Notes: a model not told the origin generated them from the letters alone. DNA of 64,000 nucleotides from Octopus sinensis (GCF_006345805.1 NC_043008.1:35650001-35714000); one strand, 5' to 3'. Numbered from the stretch's first letter, positions 13,444-27,313 are shown. Numbers and translations are program-made.

Positions 13444-14378
13444 AAAATGAGAAATAGTGGAAGAACATTCCAATCAAAACTTATGCCAAGAGCAAGAATA
13501 ACAGGCTTGATATTGTTATTTGGGATAGAAATGATAAAGTAGTCATAAAGATGAGTTGCCCAGTAGACGTGAACATCATCATCGTTATTTAATATCTGCT
13601 CGCCATGCTGGCATGGGTTGGTTGGTTTGACAGGATCTGGCAAGCAAGGGGACAGTACCAGACCCCCTACCTATTTTGGTACGATTCCAATGACTAGATA
13701 CCCTTCCTAATGCCAACCACTTATCAGCATGTACTGGGTGCTTTTTATGGAGCACCAGCACTAGTGTGGTTGCCAAGTAACTGGCAAGACAAGATCCCTT
13801 GACTGAGCAGGGTAGAATAATATTGCGGGAAGTGGCTTTTTACCTGGTAACGAGAGGTTAGAATATCAATAGAGAGGAACAGAGACAGGTGTCTTGCAGC
13901 AGCAAACAACTTGTGTCATCTCTACTGTAAGGCACCTGTTTTTGCTTGTCCCTTCCATCGTACTCTAACCTCACCTGACATAAAAAGGACAGCTTTTCTA
14001 CCTTGATTACAAATTCACTTTTATAACAATAATTATTGGTGCACATGATTATCTTACTAAATGCTTGGTAATCTGAAAAAGTTAGGTTTTTCAGGCAAAA
14101 ACAGCTAATGTGCATTATATCTACTAATACAATTTCTAAGCAGAACAGTAGAAATATGCAAAAATATGCAATTGTTATACATTATACATCAGGTATTGAA
14201 TATGTTTGATTCAGTTATATTCTAAAGTTCAACCTGTAATACTTATCATTGTTGTTATCTAAATTACAGAAAAGGTGCTGTGTTTCTTTGTTAGAAAGCA
14301 GCTCTTTCCCCGTAGGAAGAATTCACATAATTAACAAGAAACATACATAGATACACACATACATACATATCTATACAC

Positions 14379-14417
<39 letters not shown>

Positions 14418-15174
14418 TATATACACAAGTACATATATTATATATATATATATATATAATATATATATATATGTGTATGTATGTATTTATGTATGTATGT
14501 ATGTATGCATATATACACATATGTACATATGTATATATACATATATATTTATATATGTATATATGTATATATGAATGATGTTAAATGATGATGATATATA
14601 TATAGATAGATAGATATATTTACATATATATGTATATACATAGGTGTATAAATGCATGCATACATATACATATATATACATATATATATATATACCTTTG
14701 TACATGTGCATACCTTTGTACATGTGCACACACACACCTGCATACATAAACGCCTCCATACACAAACATACATATGTCAATATCTATACATACAGACATA
14801 TACATGCATGCATACATATGCACGTACACCTACAAATGCAAGCATATATACATAGATATATACATGCACACACACACGCAGAGATCAATATACAATTCTG
14901 TAATCACACTATAAAAGCAAGTGAGAACAGCAGACATGTCGTAGCGTCATCAAAGTTGGCAGTGCTATAATGGTGGTGGAGAGGATGGTGGTGGTAGCAG
15001 TGGTGGCAGTGATGGAGGGAGAGGAGGAGGTGGAGGAAGCAATTCAGGAGGGAAAGCTAATAATTTACAGAAATTCTTTTGTTTATATTGGCATTTATAT
15101 ATTTTTTTTTAATATTTTTGTCATTCTCCCAGGTGGAGGTGGGGGTGGGTTCATTCATATTTTCTTTCTTGTTG

Positions 15175-15252
15175 TGGTTGTTAGAAATAGTTATTGTTGT
15201 TGTTGTTAGAAATAGTTATTGTTGTTGTCGTTAGAAATAGTTGTTGTTGTTT
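15175..15252. repeat. ~26-bp minisatellite x3 (GTTAGAAATAGTTATTGTTGTTGTT)
   Basis: Three consecutive copies. Confidence 0.85.
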
Positions 15253-15874
15253 TACCGGAGCATGTGAACTTATAAATTACAAAACAAAATGAAAGCAAAA
15301 ATATCAGCATGTCTGCATGTGTGTTTGTGTGTGTGTGTGTGTGTGCATGTGTGATAGTGTGCACGACTACAAATGCACCCATGCATGTGTTGCAATATGC
15401 ATGTAAACATAACAGTATACTCAGACGTACTTAAAAGAGTGTGTATGTATATATAAATATAAATATATACACACAAATATATATATATTCATATACATAT
15501 ATGCATGTATATATGCAATATGCCTATGTGTGTGGTGTACATAGATGTGTGTGTGTGTGTATGTATGTATATAGATATAGACACTCACAAATACTATATA
15601 TATTTTATATTCATATTATAAAAATATTTTTTTATATTTTACGTCTATTGTGTGTATGTATGTGTGAGTATGCATAATTGTACAATGCATATATTCATAT
15701 AATCATATATATATATATGTGTGTGTGTGTATGTGTGTGTATGTGTGTGCATATATATATATATATATTCTATATAATAAATACATACTACATATATACA
15801 TACATATATGCAAGCACATACTGCCTACACTAAAGTAGAGTGTGAGAGAGCGAAAGAGAAAGAGACTGACTGAT

Positions 15875-16100
15875 AGGGAAAGAGAAGGAAGATGAAGAGA
15901 AGGAGGAGGATGAAGAGAAGGAAGATGAAGAGAAGGAGGAGGATGAAGAGAAGGAAGAGGACGATGAGGAGAAGGAGGGGGAAGGGGAGGAAGTGGATGG
16001 GGGGAATAGGAGGAGGAGGAGGAGGAGGAAGTGGAGGAAGTGGATGGGGAGGAGGAGGAGGAGGAGGCAGAAGTGGAGGAGGCAGAAGTGGAGTAGTGGT
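15875..16100. repeat. Purine-rich low-complexity (GGA/GAA)n tract
   Basis: Directly visible. Confidence 0.85.
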
Positions 16101-16232
16101 AGAGATGCTGGGTGGTGGGCAGTGTGAAATTGAATGGAGAGTTGATGAAGTTACAATACAGAGTAGATGTTCACTGACTGTGATATTAATAGGAGAGCTG
16201 TCTGAATGAGGTTTGACAGTTGTTTCACCATC

Positions 16233-16280
<48 letters not shown>

Positions 16281-16308
16281 AAGACAGACAGAGGGTACAT
16301 ATACATAC

Positions 16309-16381
<73 letters not shown>

Positions 16382-16647
16382 CTTACATTTATATATATTT
16401 ATACATACATACATATGGGGAGGTGAAAATTTGCGTGGGTGTGTATGCACGTGTATATGTGGAGGAATGTCTATGTGTAGGTGTGGCTGTGTGCGTATGG
16501 GTGTATGTGTGTATGGGTGTGCATGTGTGTGCACATGAGTTTACATGCGTATGAGCATTTAAGGATGTCTCTGTGTGCATGGACATGTATGTATGCATGT
16601 ATGTATGTATGTATGTATGTATGTATGTATGCATGTTTGTATGTATG

Positions 16648-16679
<32 letters not shown>

Positions 16680-16811
16680 ATTATGTGAGCATATATGCAT
16701 GTGTATGTGGGTTTGTTTGCATAAGTGTGTGAATATGTGCGTATATGAGCATTTTATATGTGTATATGTGTGAACCATCATGTAAAAACAAAGAAAACCA
16801 GGGAGAATATG

Positions 16812-17036
16812 TAACCCTTAGCATTTATATTGGTCATATCAGGACCAAATATCCCACCTCTATATGTTCAAACCAGCCACATCCATCCTCTCACACCTAC
16901 CCTACAATGTCATTCTAAAATTAAACAAATACATCAATGAAATCTGAAGGCTACGAGATGATGCATGATTAATTGAAAACAATGTGAATAAAGAAGCATT
17001 ACATTTGACAGAATAATCTGATTGCTAAAGGGTTAA
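16812..17036 (-). mobile_element. piggyBac-like MITE (family 1)
   Basis: Ends TAACCCTTTAGCA / TGCTAAAGGGTTAA (TTAA-like flanks, CCC termini); reverse-complement copy at ~28782-29010. Confidence 0.7.
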
Positions 17037-17155
17037 AAGACTTTATTTTGATACCTTAACCGAACCAGTTCTCTTCCAAATCACTAACATTAGAATAAGT
17101 CAAGCTTACACACCATACCTTCATCTTCCATGCTTGGATCATCATGTAGTATATA

Positions 17156-17815
17156 TCATCATCATCATCGTCATCGTTTAACGTCTGTTTTCCATGCTGG
17201 AATGGGTTGGAGGGTCTGACTGAGTACTGGCAAGCCGGGAGGCTGCAACCAGCTCAAATCTGATCTGGCAAGGTTTCTACAGCTGGATGCCCTTCCTAAC
17301 ACCAACCACTCCAAGAGTGTAGTGGGTGCTTTTTATGTGCCACCAGCATGAGGGCCAGTGAGGCAGCACTGGCATCAATCACACTTGAATGGTGCTTTTT
17401 ACATGCCACCAGCATGAGAGCCAGTCTGGTGGCACTGGCATTGACCATGCTTGAATGATGCTTTTTCATACCACCATCATGGGTGCCAGTCAGGCAGTAC
17501 TGGCATTGGCCATGATAATGATTTCACTTGACTCAACAGGTCTTCTCAAGCACAGCATATTGCTCGACTATTGAAGAGTACTCTGAAAAGGGCCGGTTAT
17601 GCAACACTGGCATTGGTCACGGCTACAATCTCACTTGGCTTGCCGGATCTTTTCAAGCACAGCATATCTCCAAAGGTCTTGGTCACTTGTCATTGCCTCT
17701 GTGAAGCCCAACGTTCGAAGGTCATGCTTCACCACTTCATCCCAGATCTTTCTGGGTCTACCTCTTCTACAGGTTCCCTCCACTGTTACAGCATGACACT
17801 TCTTCACACAGCTCT
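17156..17815 (-). mobile_element. 5'-truncated RTE-clade LINE (ORF C-terminus + 3' UTR + tail)
   Basis: Minus translation RGRPRKIWDEVVKHDLRTLGFTEAMTSDQDLWRYAVLEK; (GAT)n tail. Confidence 0.85.
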
Positions 17816-17894
17816 GATATATATATATATATATATATATAAATTAGAAAAAAATCACGATTATGTAATTCAAGCAATGATAGACATAAACCAA

Positions 17895-18066
17895 ATCAAA
17901 GAAAAAATAAAATATATTTTAAAACATATAACTAGATCACAAAAAGTACAAAAAAATTAATAAACGATATATAATAAGTACTAATTATATATTATTTATT
18001 CATTTTTTTGTGCTTTTTGTGATCTAGCTATATGTTTTATAACATATTTTATTTTTTCTTTATGAT
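17895..18066. repeat. AT-rich inverted repeat (~70-bp arms)
   Basis: AAAACATATAACTAGATCACAAAAAG vs CTTTTTGTGATCTAGCTATATGTTTT; just downstream of a (TA)n tract. Confidence 0.8.
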
Positions 18067-18329
18067 TAGCATTAGTATCCCTTCATTCAACTAAAAACAA
18101 TGCTTCAAGACAGTACCCTAGTATGACTAGAGTCAATTGACTGAAACAAGCAAAAGGTAAAGGATAAGAGCTTCTTTCAGTTTCCATCTTCTAAATCAAT
18201 CTCAAGTCTTTGGTCAGCCTGGGGCTCTAGAAGGAGACATTTGCCCAAGGTGCCATGCAGCAGGACTAAACCTGCAATCATGTGCAAATTTGAGAGGCAA
18301 ATTTTGTACCACACAGCTGTACCTGCACC

Positions 18330-18355
18330 TATACATACATACATACATACATACA

Positions 18356-18389
<34 letters not shown>

Positions 18390-18423
18390 CATACATACAT
18401 ACATACATACATACATACATACA

Positions 18424-18457
<34 letters not shown>

Positions 18458-18753
18458 CATACATACATACATACATACATACATACATACATACATACAT
18501 ACATACATACACACATACATATGATGATAATGATATATATGTGTTTGTGTGTATATATACATATATATATATATATGCACACACACATACATATACAGCA
18601 TCATCATCATCATTTAATGATATATATGTATGTGTATACATTTTATAAATATATATATATATATATACACATACACATATATATGTATACACACATACAC
18701 ACACATACCATCAACATCATCATTTAATGATATATATGCATGTGTATACATTT

Positions 18754-18797
<44 letters not shown>

Positions 18798-19080
18798 TAC
18801 ACATATATATGTATACACACATACACACACACACATACCATCAACATCATCATTTAATGATATACATGTGTGTGTATATATTTTATATATATATAAATAA
18901 ATATATATATATACACATTTTTACATATATATGTATATATATATAGATATATACTTACACATATGTGTATATATATATGTGTGTGTATGTAATATATATA
19001 TATATATATATATATACGTATATATATATGTATGTACATGTATGTATGTATGTATGTATGTATGTATGTATGAATGTATG
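18330..19080. repeat. (TACA)n microsatellite followed by a ~120-bp higher-order tandem repeat x3
   Basis: CATCATCATTTAATGATATA anchors at ~18605, ~18715 and ~18845. Confidence 0.85.
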
Positions 19081-19520
19081 TACACTCATTTGCTAACAAG
19101 ATTTTCATTTTGGGTTTCTTTTTATGAAATTGATCTAAGGATTCTGACTTTGGTTGTCATTATTAATTTTTTTGCTTGAATGAAGTTTGATATTATTAAA
19201 ATGTAAGAAACTGTTTTTTTCTCTCTCTCTTTGAATGAAGCTTGACAGTTATGTCAGCATCTGCCCACACACACAACACACACACACACGCACACATATG
19301 CAAATAGTTATGTAGCTACGAAAGACATTCCACCCATGACTGTACTGTCCTATATCTGGTTATTGTGTATGCAGAACCTAATACACAACAGAACATTATG
19401 TATTGCACTTCAGAAATTTGTTACATCAACAGTGATACTCGTGAAATATAAGAGATTATCTCAACTCTAGAATAAATGTGTCTATGTGCGTGTGCAAACA
19501 TGCATGCACACACACAGACG

Positions 19521-20060
19521 TAGGTGTGGCTGTGTGGTAAGTAGTCTGCTTGCCAACCACATGGTTCCGGGTTCATTCCCACTGCATGGCACCTTGTGCA
19601 AGTGTCTTCTTCTATAGCCTCGGGCTGACCAAAGCCTTGTGAGTAGATTAGGTAGACGGAAACTGAAAGAAGCCTGTCATATATATGTATATATGTGTGT
19701 GTGTAAGTGTGTGTGTGTGTAAGTGTGTGTGTGTGTGCATGTTTGTGTGTCTGTGTTTGTCCCCCCCAACATTGCTTGACAACCGATGGTGGTGTGTTTA
19801 CGTCCCCATAACCTAGCAGTTCGGCAAAAGTGACCGATAGAATAAGTACTAGGCTTACACAGAATAAGTCCTGGGGTCGATTTGCTCGACTAAAACCGGT
19901 GCTCCAGCATGGCCACAGTCAAATGATTGAAACAAGTAAAAGAATAAAAGGTTGCTGTAGGCTTACAAAGAATAAGTCCTGGGGTCGATTTGCTTGACGA
20001 AAGGCGGTGCTCCGGCATGGCCACAGTCAAATGACTGAAACAAGTAAAAGAGTAAAAGAG
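19521..20060 (+). mobile_element. tRNA-derived SINE (family A) with duplicated 3' tail
   Basis: Full SINE to ~19950, then TAGGCTTACAAAGAATAAGTCC...AAAAGAG repeated at 19958-20060. Confidence 0.85.
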
Positions 20061-20179
20061 TATATATACACATATACTTGTGTGTAACTGAAATACTGAA
20101 ATACAAAGTAATAGTACAAATGATTGACCTGTAGTCTTTCTTCTAATTTGCATTGTTTAGACTTTGTAACAAAAAATGT

Positions 20180-20430
20180 GGAGGTGCATGGCTTAGTGGT
20201 TAGGGTGTCAGCACCATGCTCGTAAGATTGTGGTTTCGATTCCTGGACCGGGCGACATGTGTTCTTGAGCAAAACACTTCATTTCATGTTGCTCCAGTTC
20301 AGTCAGCCAGTAAAAATGAGTAACGCTGCAATGGACTGACGTCCCATCAAGCTGGGGAACATATACGCCATAGAAACCAGGAAACCAGGCCCATGAGCCT
20401 GGCTAGGCTTTAAAAAAAAAAGGGCACATT
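20180..20430 (+). mobile_element. tRNA-derived SINE related to family C
   Basis: A-box TGGCTTAGTGG, B-box GTTTCGATTCC, tail CCCATGAGCCTGGCTAGGCTT. Confidence 0.75.
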
Positions 20431-21778
20431 TATCTTTTTTTTTAACAAAAAATATAATCCTTTTAACTGTAGGTATGAGGCCTGAAGTTCTGGGGGAGTA
20501 AGTGAATTGATTCCATTAACCCCAGTGCTCAACTGGTACTTATTTTATTAATCCCATGAATGGATGAAAGGCAAAATCGACCTCATTGGAATTTGAACTT
20601 TAAACATGAAACCAGAAGAAAAGCTGTGAAGCATTCTGTCCAGTGTGCTAATGATTTTGCCAGCTCACTTCATGTAAACTATACCACTCAAATGAATGTA
20701 TGTATCCAGCCAGCCACGGGTTCTTCACTTGTGAACAATTCATAGGAGCGCTATTGTAACATACAACATATACTGCACATTTTAAACATCTCCGGGTTTA
20801 AAAATCTCCAGGTCTGAACACAACAGATTCCTCCAGAGATAAAAATAATGAGAGAAGAATTGACTCCAGTATTTGACTAGTTCTTTAAACATTAACCCTA
20901 CAAAGATAAAAAACAAAATTGACCAGGGCAGGAGTTGAACTCAGGAACATATACCACATGGCCTTGTATCTGACACTCCAACAGCTATGCCAGATTGTTC
21001 CCAATTTCTGTGTGTGCATGAATGAGTCTTTTTTTTGTTTTGTTTTGATACTAACATGGATCATTTTTACTTTTGTTTTTGCTTTTATTAAAGCAACAGA
21101 TTTAACAGTAAATTCACTTTCCATCATTAACAATAGAACTGTGGTAAGAGAAACCTTAAGAGTGAAACCTAAGCTTATTTTCTTTGCGACTATTGGAGGC
21201 AAATGGAAGCATGTGCATGAGATGAAGCTGTTCTTGGTTTACACTGTTGCTTTGTTTAGTTCATGCAGCATTGTTCAAAATCGAATTATTAACCATTTGG
21301 ATTACAAACAGAAATCCAATGGAACAATCAAAATAAAAATCACAGCAAAGTGTTGTAGTTGTTGTTGTTGTTTAAACTCCAACTCAGCCCTGATGTAGCA
21401 GAATATGATCAAAGAGATTCCAGCCATGACCATCCAAGACAACACACTTTATGTGTTGTTTCTTTTATCTTTCACCTTTCATTTTGTTTCAGTTATTGGA
21501 CTGTGATCATGCTGGGGGCAGTGTTGAAGGGTTCACTCAAACAATCATCACTAATACTTGGTTTCTTTTCTATGCCTAGTACTTATTCTATCGATCTCTT
21601 TTTGCTGAGCTGCTAAGTTTTGCAGACAAACAAACTACCACCAGTTGCCAAGCAGTGGTAGGGGACAAACACAACACACACACATGCAGACTTATACAGG
21701 CTCATATAACAATATACAAGTACATGTATATCCATATACACACATACAGACACACACATACACACAACACACACACAC

Positions 21779-21840
<62 letters not shown>

Positions 21841-21842
<2 letters not shown>

Positions 21843-23030
21843 TCATCATCATCATCATCATCGTTTAACGTCCGTTTTCCGCGCTAGCACGGGTTGGACG
21901 TTTCAACCGGGGTCTGGGGAGCCAGGGGCTGCCCCAGGCTCCAGTCTGGTCTGGCAGTGTTTTTACAGCTGGATGCCCTTCCTAACGCCAACCCTCCGCG
22001 AGTGTAGTGGGTGCTTTTTACGTGCCACCTGCACAGGTGCCAGAGGGGTCTGGCATCGGCCACAGTCGGTTGGTGCTTTTTATGGCCACCTGCACAGAGC
22101 CAGTCGGGGCGGTGCTGGCATCGGCCACGTTCGGATGGTGCTTTTTATGTGGGGGGGAGGGTGCAGAAATATAGGGGAGGCACCAGTGGGGAGGGGTGTT
22201 CGGAGTGTTCATGTACTTGACTCAACAGTCTCCTCAAGCACAGCGGGACGATTCTGGATCCGGTTACTTTGAATGGGCAGGGGCTATGCGGAACTGATGC
22301 AGGAAGCGCCCGGGTCTTTGCAGTCACAGCATATCTCCAGAGATCTCGGTCCTTCGCCATTGCCTCAGTGAGGCCCAACGCTCTGAGGTTATGCTTGACT
22401 GCCTCATCCCATGTCTTCCTGGGTCTGGGGGGGAGTCCAGCTGAGAAAGGTTCCACCAGTGAGAAGAGAGGGAGAGAAAGTGGGGGGGTGCAGGTAATAT
22501 AGGGAAGCACCAGCGGGGAAGGTTGGGGTAAGGAGGAACGATGACAGGGAGGGGTTGGAACAGGTTCGTAAGAGATAAAAACGTAGGATATCACGAGGGG
22601 GGGGACTGGAAGGAGATAGCCGGTTGAGGCGGTGACAGATTCAAAACAGGAGGAACGTAAGATCAGTGGGGTGGTTGATGAGCTGCGGCGCTAGCTGCTT
22701 GTCTTGGTGGGGGGAGGTGTAGTACACAGTGAAAGCATGTGAGGAGGAGGGGTAGGAGGGAGAGACACGTAATGGTGGTGGGGAGGAGGAGGGAGGAGGG
22801 CATATCCGGTGTAGATGGTGTGAACAGTGTTCACCGGTATTGGTGGTGGAGGTGGGAAAGGGCAGGAGCACCGCGAATGGCGAAGATCGAATTAAACTTC
22901 GTAGAGAAAGATAAAGATAGGGAAAGCATGGCGAAGATCAAGTTAAACTTCGTAGAGAAAGATAGAGGGTACCTTAAGGGATTAAATTTCGTAGAGAAAG
23001 AATAAGATAGGGAAGGCAAGCTCGTTAGTG
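21841..23030 (-). mobile_element. Young internally deleted RTE-like element (putative 5' UTR joined to ORF C-terminus and 3' UTR)
   Basis: CpG-rich; PRKTWDEAVKHNLRALGLTEAMAKDRDLWRYAV on minus at ~22310-22430; (GAT)n tail at 21841-21862; GC-rich non-coding block 22430-23030. Confidence 0.7.
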
Positions 23031-23421
23031 TATAAGTTCAAACATTTAAAACATATATATATATATATATATAAGTTCAGGATTCAAGTGAATCAGGTCC
23101 TTAAATAGTAAAGCACCAAGGTCAGGTCAGTGAAATCACTATCATGTACAAAACAGAATTAGAAGAACACATACATACATATTGAGGTAAAGACGGTTTA
23201 TATTCCAGTTGCATGTATGACCATAATCATCTGACTGAATATACCATGAGTCTCAAGGCTGCACCTAGGTACAAACATTGCAGCAATTGTACTGCATTCA
23301 AATGACTCCAGATCCACACTAATTACGGGTTTTGAATAAAATCAAAAATAAACAAATAACAACAGACTGAAATGCCTGAAACAGCTGTTGTGAGTGAACC
23401 ACTATCTATCTGTTTTCCACT

Positions 23422-23484
<63 letters not shown>

Positions 23485-23541
23485 ATATATATATATTATT
23501 ATTATTATTATATTATATATATATATATATGATGTAAATAT

Positions 23542-23944
23542 AGGTGCAGGAGTGGCTGTGTGGTAAGTAGCTTGCTTACCAACCACATGGTTCCAGGTTC
23601 AGTTCCACTGCATGGCACCTTGGGTAAGTGTCTTCTACTATAGCCTCGGGCCGACCAAAGCCTTGTGAGTGAATTTGGTAGACGGAAACTGAAAGAAGTC
23701 CGTTGTATATGTATATATATGTATGTGTGTGTGTATATATGTTTGTGTGTATGTTTGTTCCCCCAGCATCGCTTGACAACCAATGCTGGTGTGTTTATGT
23801 CCCCATAACTTAGCAGTTCGGCAAAAGAGACCGATAGAATAAGTACTAGGCTTACAAAGAATAAGCTCTAGGGTCAATTTTCTTGACTATAAAGGCAGTG
23901 CTGAAACACGAAATGACTGAAACAAGTAAAAGAGTAAAAAGAGT
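23542..23944 (+). mobile_element. tRNA-derived SINE (family A)
   Basis: Matches family consensus; small deletion in tail. Confidence 0.9.
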
Positions 23945-23961
23945 ATATATATATATATATA

Positions 23962-24383
23962 TCGTGCTTAGCAGTCGTCGCGGGAAGACATTTTTTTCTC
24001 TCTGCCCTAAGGCATTTTTCTAACATGCCAGCTCAAAGTTTACTCGTCCTGTCGAAAGACGCCTGTCTGTGACATCCTGTTTTTGTATTCTTGTTCGTGT
24101 TATCATTATTGTTTTTACGTATTTTTGTATTCTTATTCGTGTAACAACGTCCATTTTTCTGTCCTTGTTTTGTATACATTCGAGGCTTTCTTCCAAGGAA
24201 TCTAATATGCTTGGCTTAGATTTTCCTTTGGGGCTGGCCAGATCGGAGCAATCTCAAGATTAATCAGCCGAAATTGCGAGGATGATCCGGTTCTTGACTG
24301 TCAATTGAAGGCTTCGAATGTCCCGTCCGTGTTTTTTGTATTGTCTTCTAAATGTTTTGCGTTCTTGTCCCAGTTTGTATTTT

Positions 24384-24388
<5 letters not shown>
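23962..24388. mobile_element. Unclassified CpG-retaining insertion in (TA)n
   Basis: Bounded by TA tracts on both sides; many CpGs; strongly T-biased plus strand; no recognisable protein. Confidence 0.5.
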
Positions 24389-24412
<24 letters not shown>

Positions 24413-24414
<2 letters not shown>

Positions 24415-25205
24415 GACAAGGTATAAAAACGATCATTGTATATTTTTCCTTTATTAGAGCAAATTTGGTTTACACCTGTTTCCAGTAGTCATTATAGGTA
24501 TGTTACCAACAGGTTTACTCAACTGGTCAATTGATCAGTTGAGAAAAGTGGAATGACCTAAAAAAACTTAATGCTACTTTATATCATCATCATCGTCGTT
24601 TAACGTCCGTTCTCCATGCTAGCATGGGTTGGACGGTTCGACCGGGGTTCTGGGAAGCCAGAAGGCTGCACCAGGCTCCAGTCTAATCTGGCAATGTTTC
24701 TACAGCTGGATACCCTTCCTAACGCCAACCACTCCGTGAGTGTAGTGGGTGCTTTTTACGTGCCACCTGCACAGGTGCCAGGTGAGGCTGGCAACGGCCA
24801 CGATCAGATTGGTGTATTTTATGTGCCACCGGCACGGAAGCCAGTCAAGGCGGTGCTGGCATCGGCCACGAGTCGGATAGTGATTTTTACGTACCACCAG
24901 ACCAGGGATCCTGGCTGGTTCAATTCGATTTCGATTTCGCTTGCCCCAACATGTCTTCACAAGCAAAGGGGGTTGGCATGGGTGCCTGTCGTACGGTCGC
25001 ATTGGAGTATTTTACGTGCCACGGCCACGAGTCGGATAGTGCTTTTTACGTACCACCAGACCAGGGATCCTGGCTGGTTCAATTCGATTAAGTAGCATTA
25101 ATGTTTTTAGGTCATTCAATAACTAGGGGAAACAGCTGTGAGACAAATTTGCACCAATAAAGGATAAATATGTAATGACCATTATTTTTAACTTGTTTCT
25201 TACAT
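24413..25205. repeat. Fold-back element whose centre is occupied by an RTE-tail insertion (24584-25088, minus)
   Basis: 24413-24484 is the reverse complement of ~25128-25202; 24551-24579 is the reverse complement of 25090-25118. Confidence 0.7.
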
Positions 25206-25432
25206 ACCACTCTGTGTAAAAACTAGTTTGTCTGGAGCCCACTCACGGATTTACAATATAGAATTGTGATGATCCATAACCTTGGACCCTGCCATAAGAA
25301 TATTAGGAGTTCTTCACTAATCTAAACAATATTGTTAGCCTGGTGTGCCAACAGAGAGCTTATGGAGTATTTTGCCTGGATTGATAATCCCTCACTATTA
25401 GCTATATATATATATAATATATATATATATAT

Positions 25433-25490
25433 GCAGTGCCCCAGCATGGCCACAGCTCATAAGCTGAAACTAGAATCAATCAATCAATCA
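25433..25490 (+). mobile_element. Extremely 5'-truncated copy of the CR1-group LINE 3' end
   Basis: GTGCCCCAGCATGGCCACAGCTCATAAGCTGAAACTAGAA(TCAA)n is identical to the reverse complement of ~53765-53821. Confidence 0.9.
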
Positions 25491-25727
25491 TATATAAATA
25501 CACATATATATGTGTGTGTGTGTGTATATATGTGTGTGTATATATATATGTATATACATATATATATATGTGTATATATTATATGTATAGATATATATGT
25601 ATATATATGTAAATATGTATATGTATATGTATATATATATAATATAATATATATATATATATGATATATATATATGTATGTATATATGTATATATATATA
25701 TATGTATATTGTTATGTATATTATTAT

Positions 25728-25764
<37 letters not shown>

Positions 25765-26411
25765 ATACATATATATATTCATGTGCATAGACATATACAC
25801 ATCACATGTTTACAAATACATATTTCACATATACATCTGTGCACAAAGACAGAGTTAGTTTTTGAGAAGTAATACAAGGAAAATGAAAGTAAGACAGTGA
25901 GAGAAAGAAAGCGAGAAGAAAGAAAGACAGATAAAATAAAGAGAGACAAAGAGAGAAAGATGTTGATACACAATGAAACAAGCCTGTTGTTAGTTCTAAT
26001 CTTAAGAATTCACCATAAATGGGAAAATATGCTCAATAGAACATAATGCAATGCTTAAATTTCTGCTTACTTTTAGAATTTGAACATTAAAGGAGAACAA
26101 TGTTTTTTTGTAATAATAATAATAATAATGATAATAATGATAATAATAATAATAATAATAATGATAATAATAATAATAGTAATAGCTAAAAAATAGACAA
26201 AAATACAAATTTATAAAGAGAAAAATTTCTTTTCATTAGAAAAAAATACAATAAATGTTTTTGTCTGTATTATCATTATTATTGCAATTATTATTATTAT
26301 TGCTGCTGTCGTTGTTGTTGTTGTTGTTGTTGCTGTGTTAGTTAATTGCTTTAAAATCATCGTCTTATCATTCTTATTTACAAGATTAATCAATTTAAGA
26401 TTCAAGTGCTA

Positions 26412-26453
<42 letters not shown>

Positions 26454-27274
26454 TAGTTTGGTTTATTTTTGCTTCTTACATTATTTTTTTATAAATGTCA
26501 TTATCATTATTATTGTTGTTGTTGTTGCTGTTGTTGTGAATAGAATGTTCTCACATTGACATGTTTAGCACACATATCAACTCAATAGAAGATGCATACT
26601 TCGATTCATGTCAAACGATAAGTAAAATAAAAACAAAAGAAGACATTTAACCTTTTTCTTACCATATTTCTTTTGAAATGCACTGCCTCTGTTTCAATTG
26701 GATCTGAAAATAATAAAGAATTTATTAAAATAACTTTGTCTTTTTTAATCTGGAGTTTAGAACAAAAATTACTAAGAAATTCTAATGGAAGGTTTTACCT
26801 TAAATTATTTAAAAAAAGACAGGGTTTGTATCATAGATCCGGAGACAGTTTCAGGCATGTGGGTACCAAAAACATGAATCAAAGAAGAGAAGGGCATTGC
26901 TTGAGATCCCTTATCCTTTCAGAACCACAATGGTAAAAGGAAGGGAGGAAGATAACTTCAAATGAATTGGGGACTTAGCTTGACTGTGTGGTCATTCAGC
27001 TTGTTAGAAATAAGGGTTGGTCACAAGTGGAGCACCAGGATGTAAAATCCTGCCTTGAAATAACTCACCATCAAAACCCATTCGAGCATGGAAAGAAAAA
27101 TGGATGTTAGACGAACAATCCTGGGAAGAAGTTTGTTTTCCAAACACATGGTTCTGAGTTCAGTTCCACTGCATGGCACTTTGGACAAATATCTTCTACT
27201 ATAGCCCTGAGCCAACCAAAGCCTTGTGAGTGGATTTGGTAGACAGAAATTGAAAGAAGCCCATTGTATGAGTG

Positions 27275-27311
<37 letters not shown>

Positions 27312-27313
<2 letters not shown>

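Noticed and set aside
15825-16346. Gly/Arg-rich and Pro-rich ORFs
   Set aside because: Low-complexity GGA/GAA tract with no domain or splice context.
8975-19179. Numerous ORFs rich in YI/VC/HT/MYVC
   Set aside because: Translations of (TA)n, (TG)n and (TACA)n microsatellites; the same applies elsewhere in the window.
20885-21398. Overlapping 105-aa and 159-aa ORFs
   Set aside because: No recognisable domain, begins in SINE remnants, composition typical of non-coding AT-rich DNA.
24225-24280. Hammerhead in the unclassified insertion
   Set aside because: Stem and GAAA are present, but the upstream sequence CCTTTGG does not match CUGANGA.
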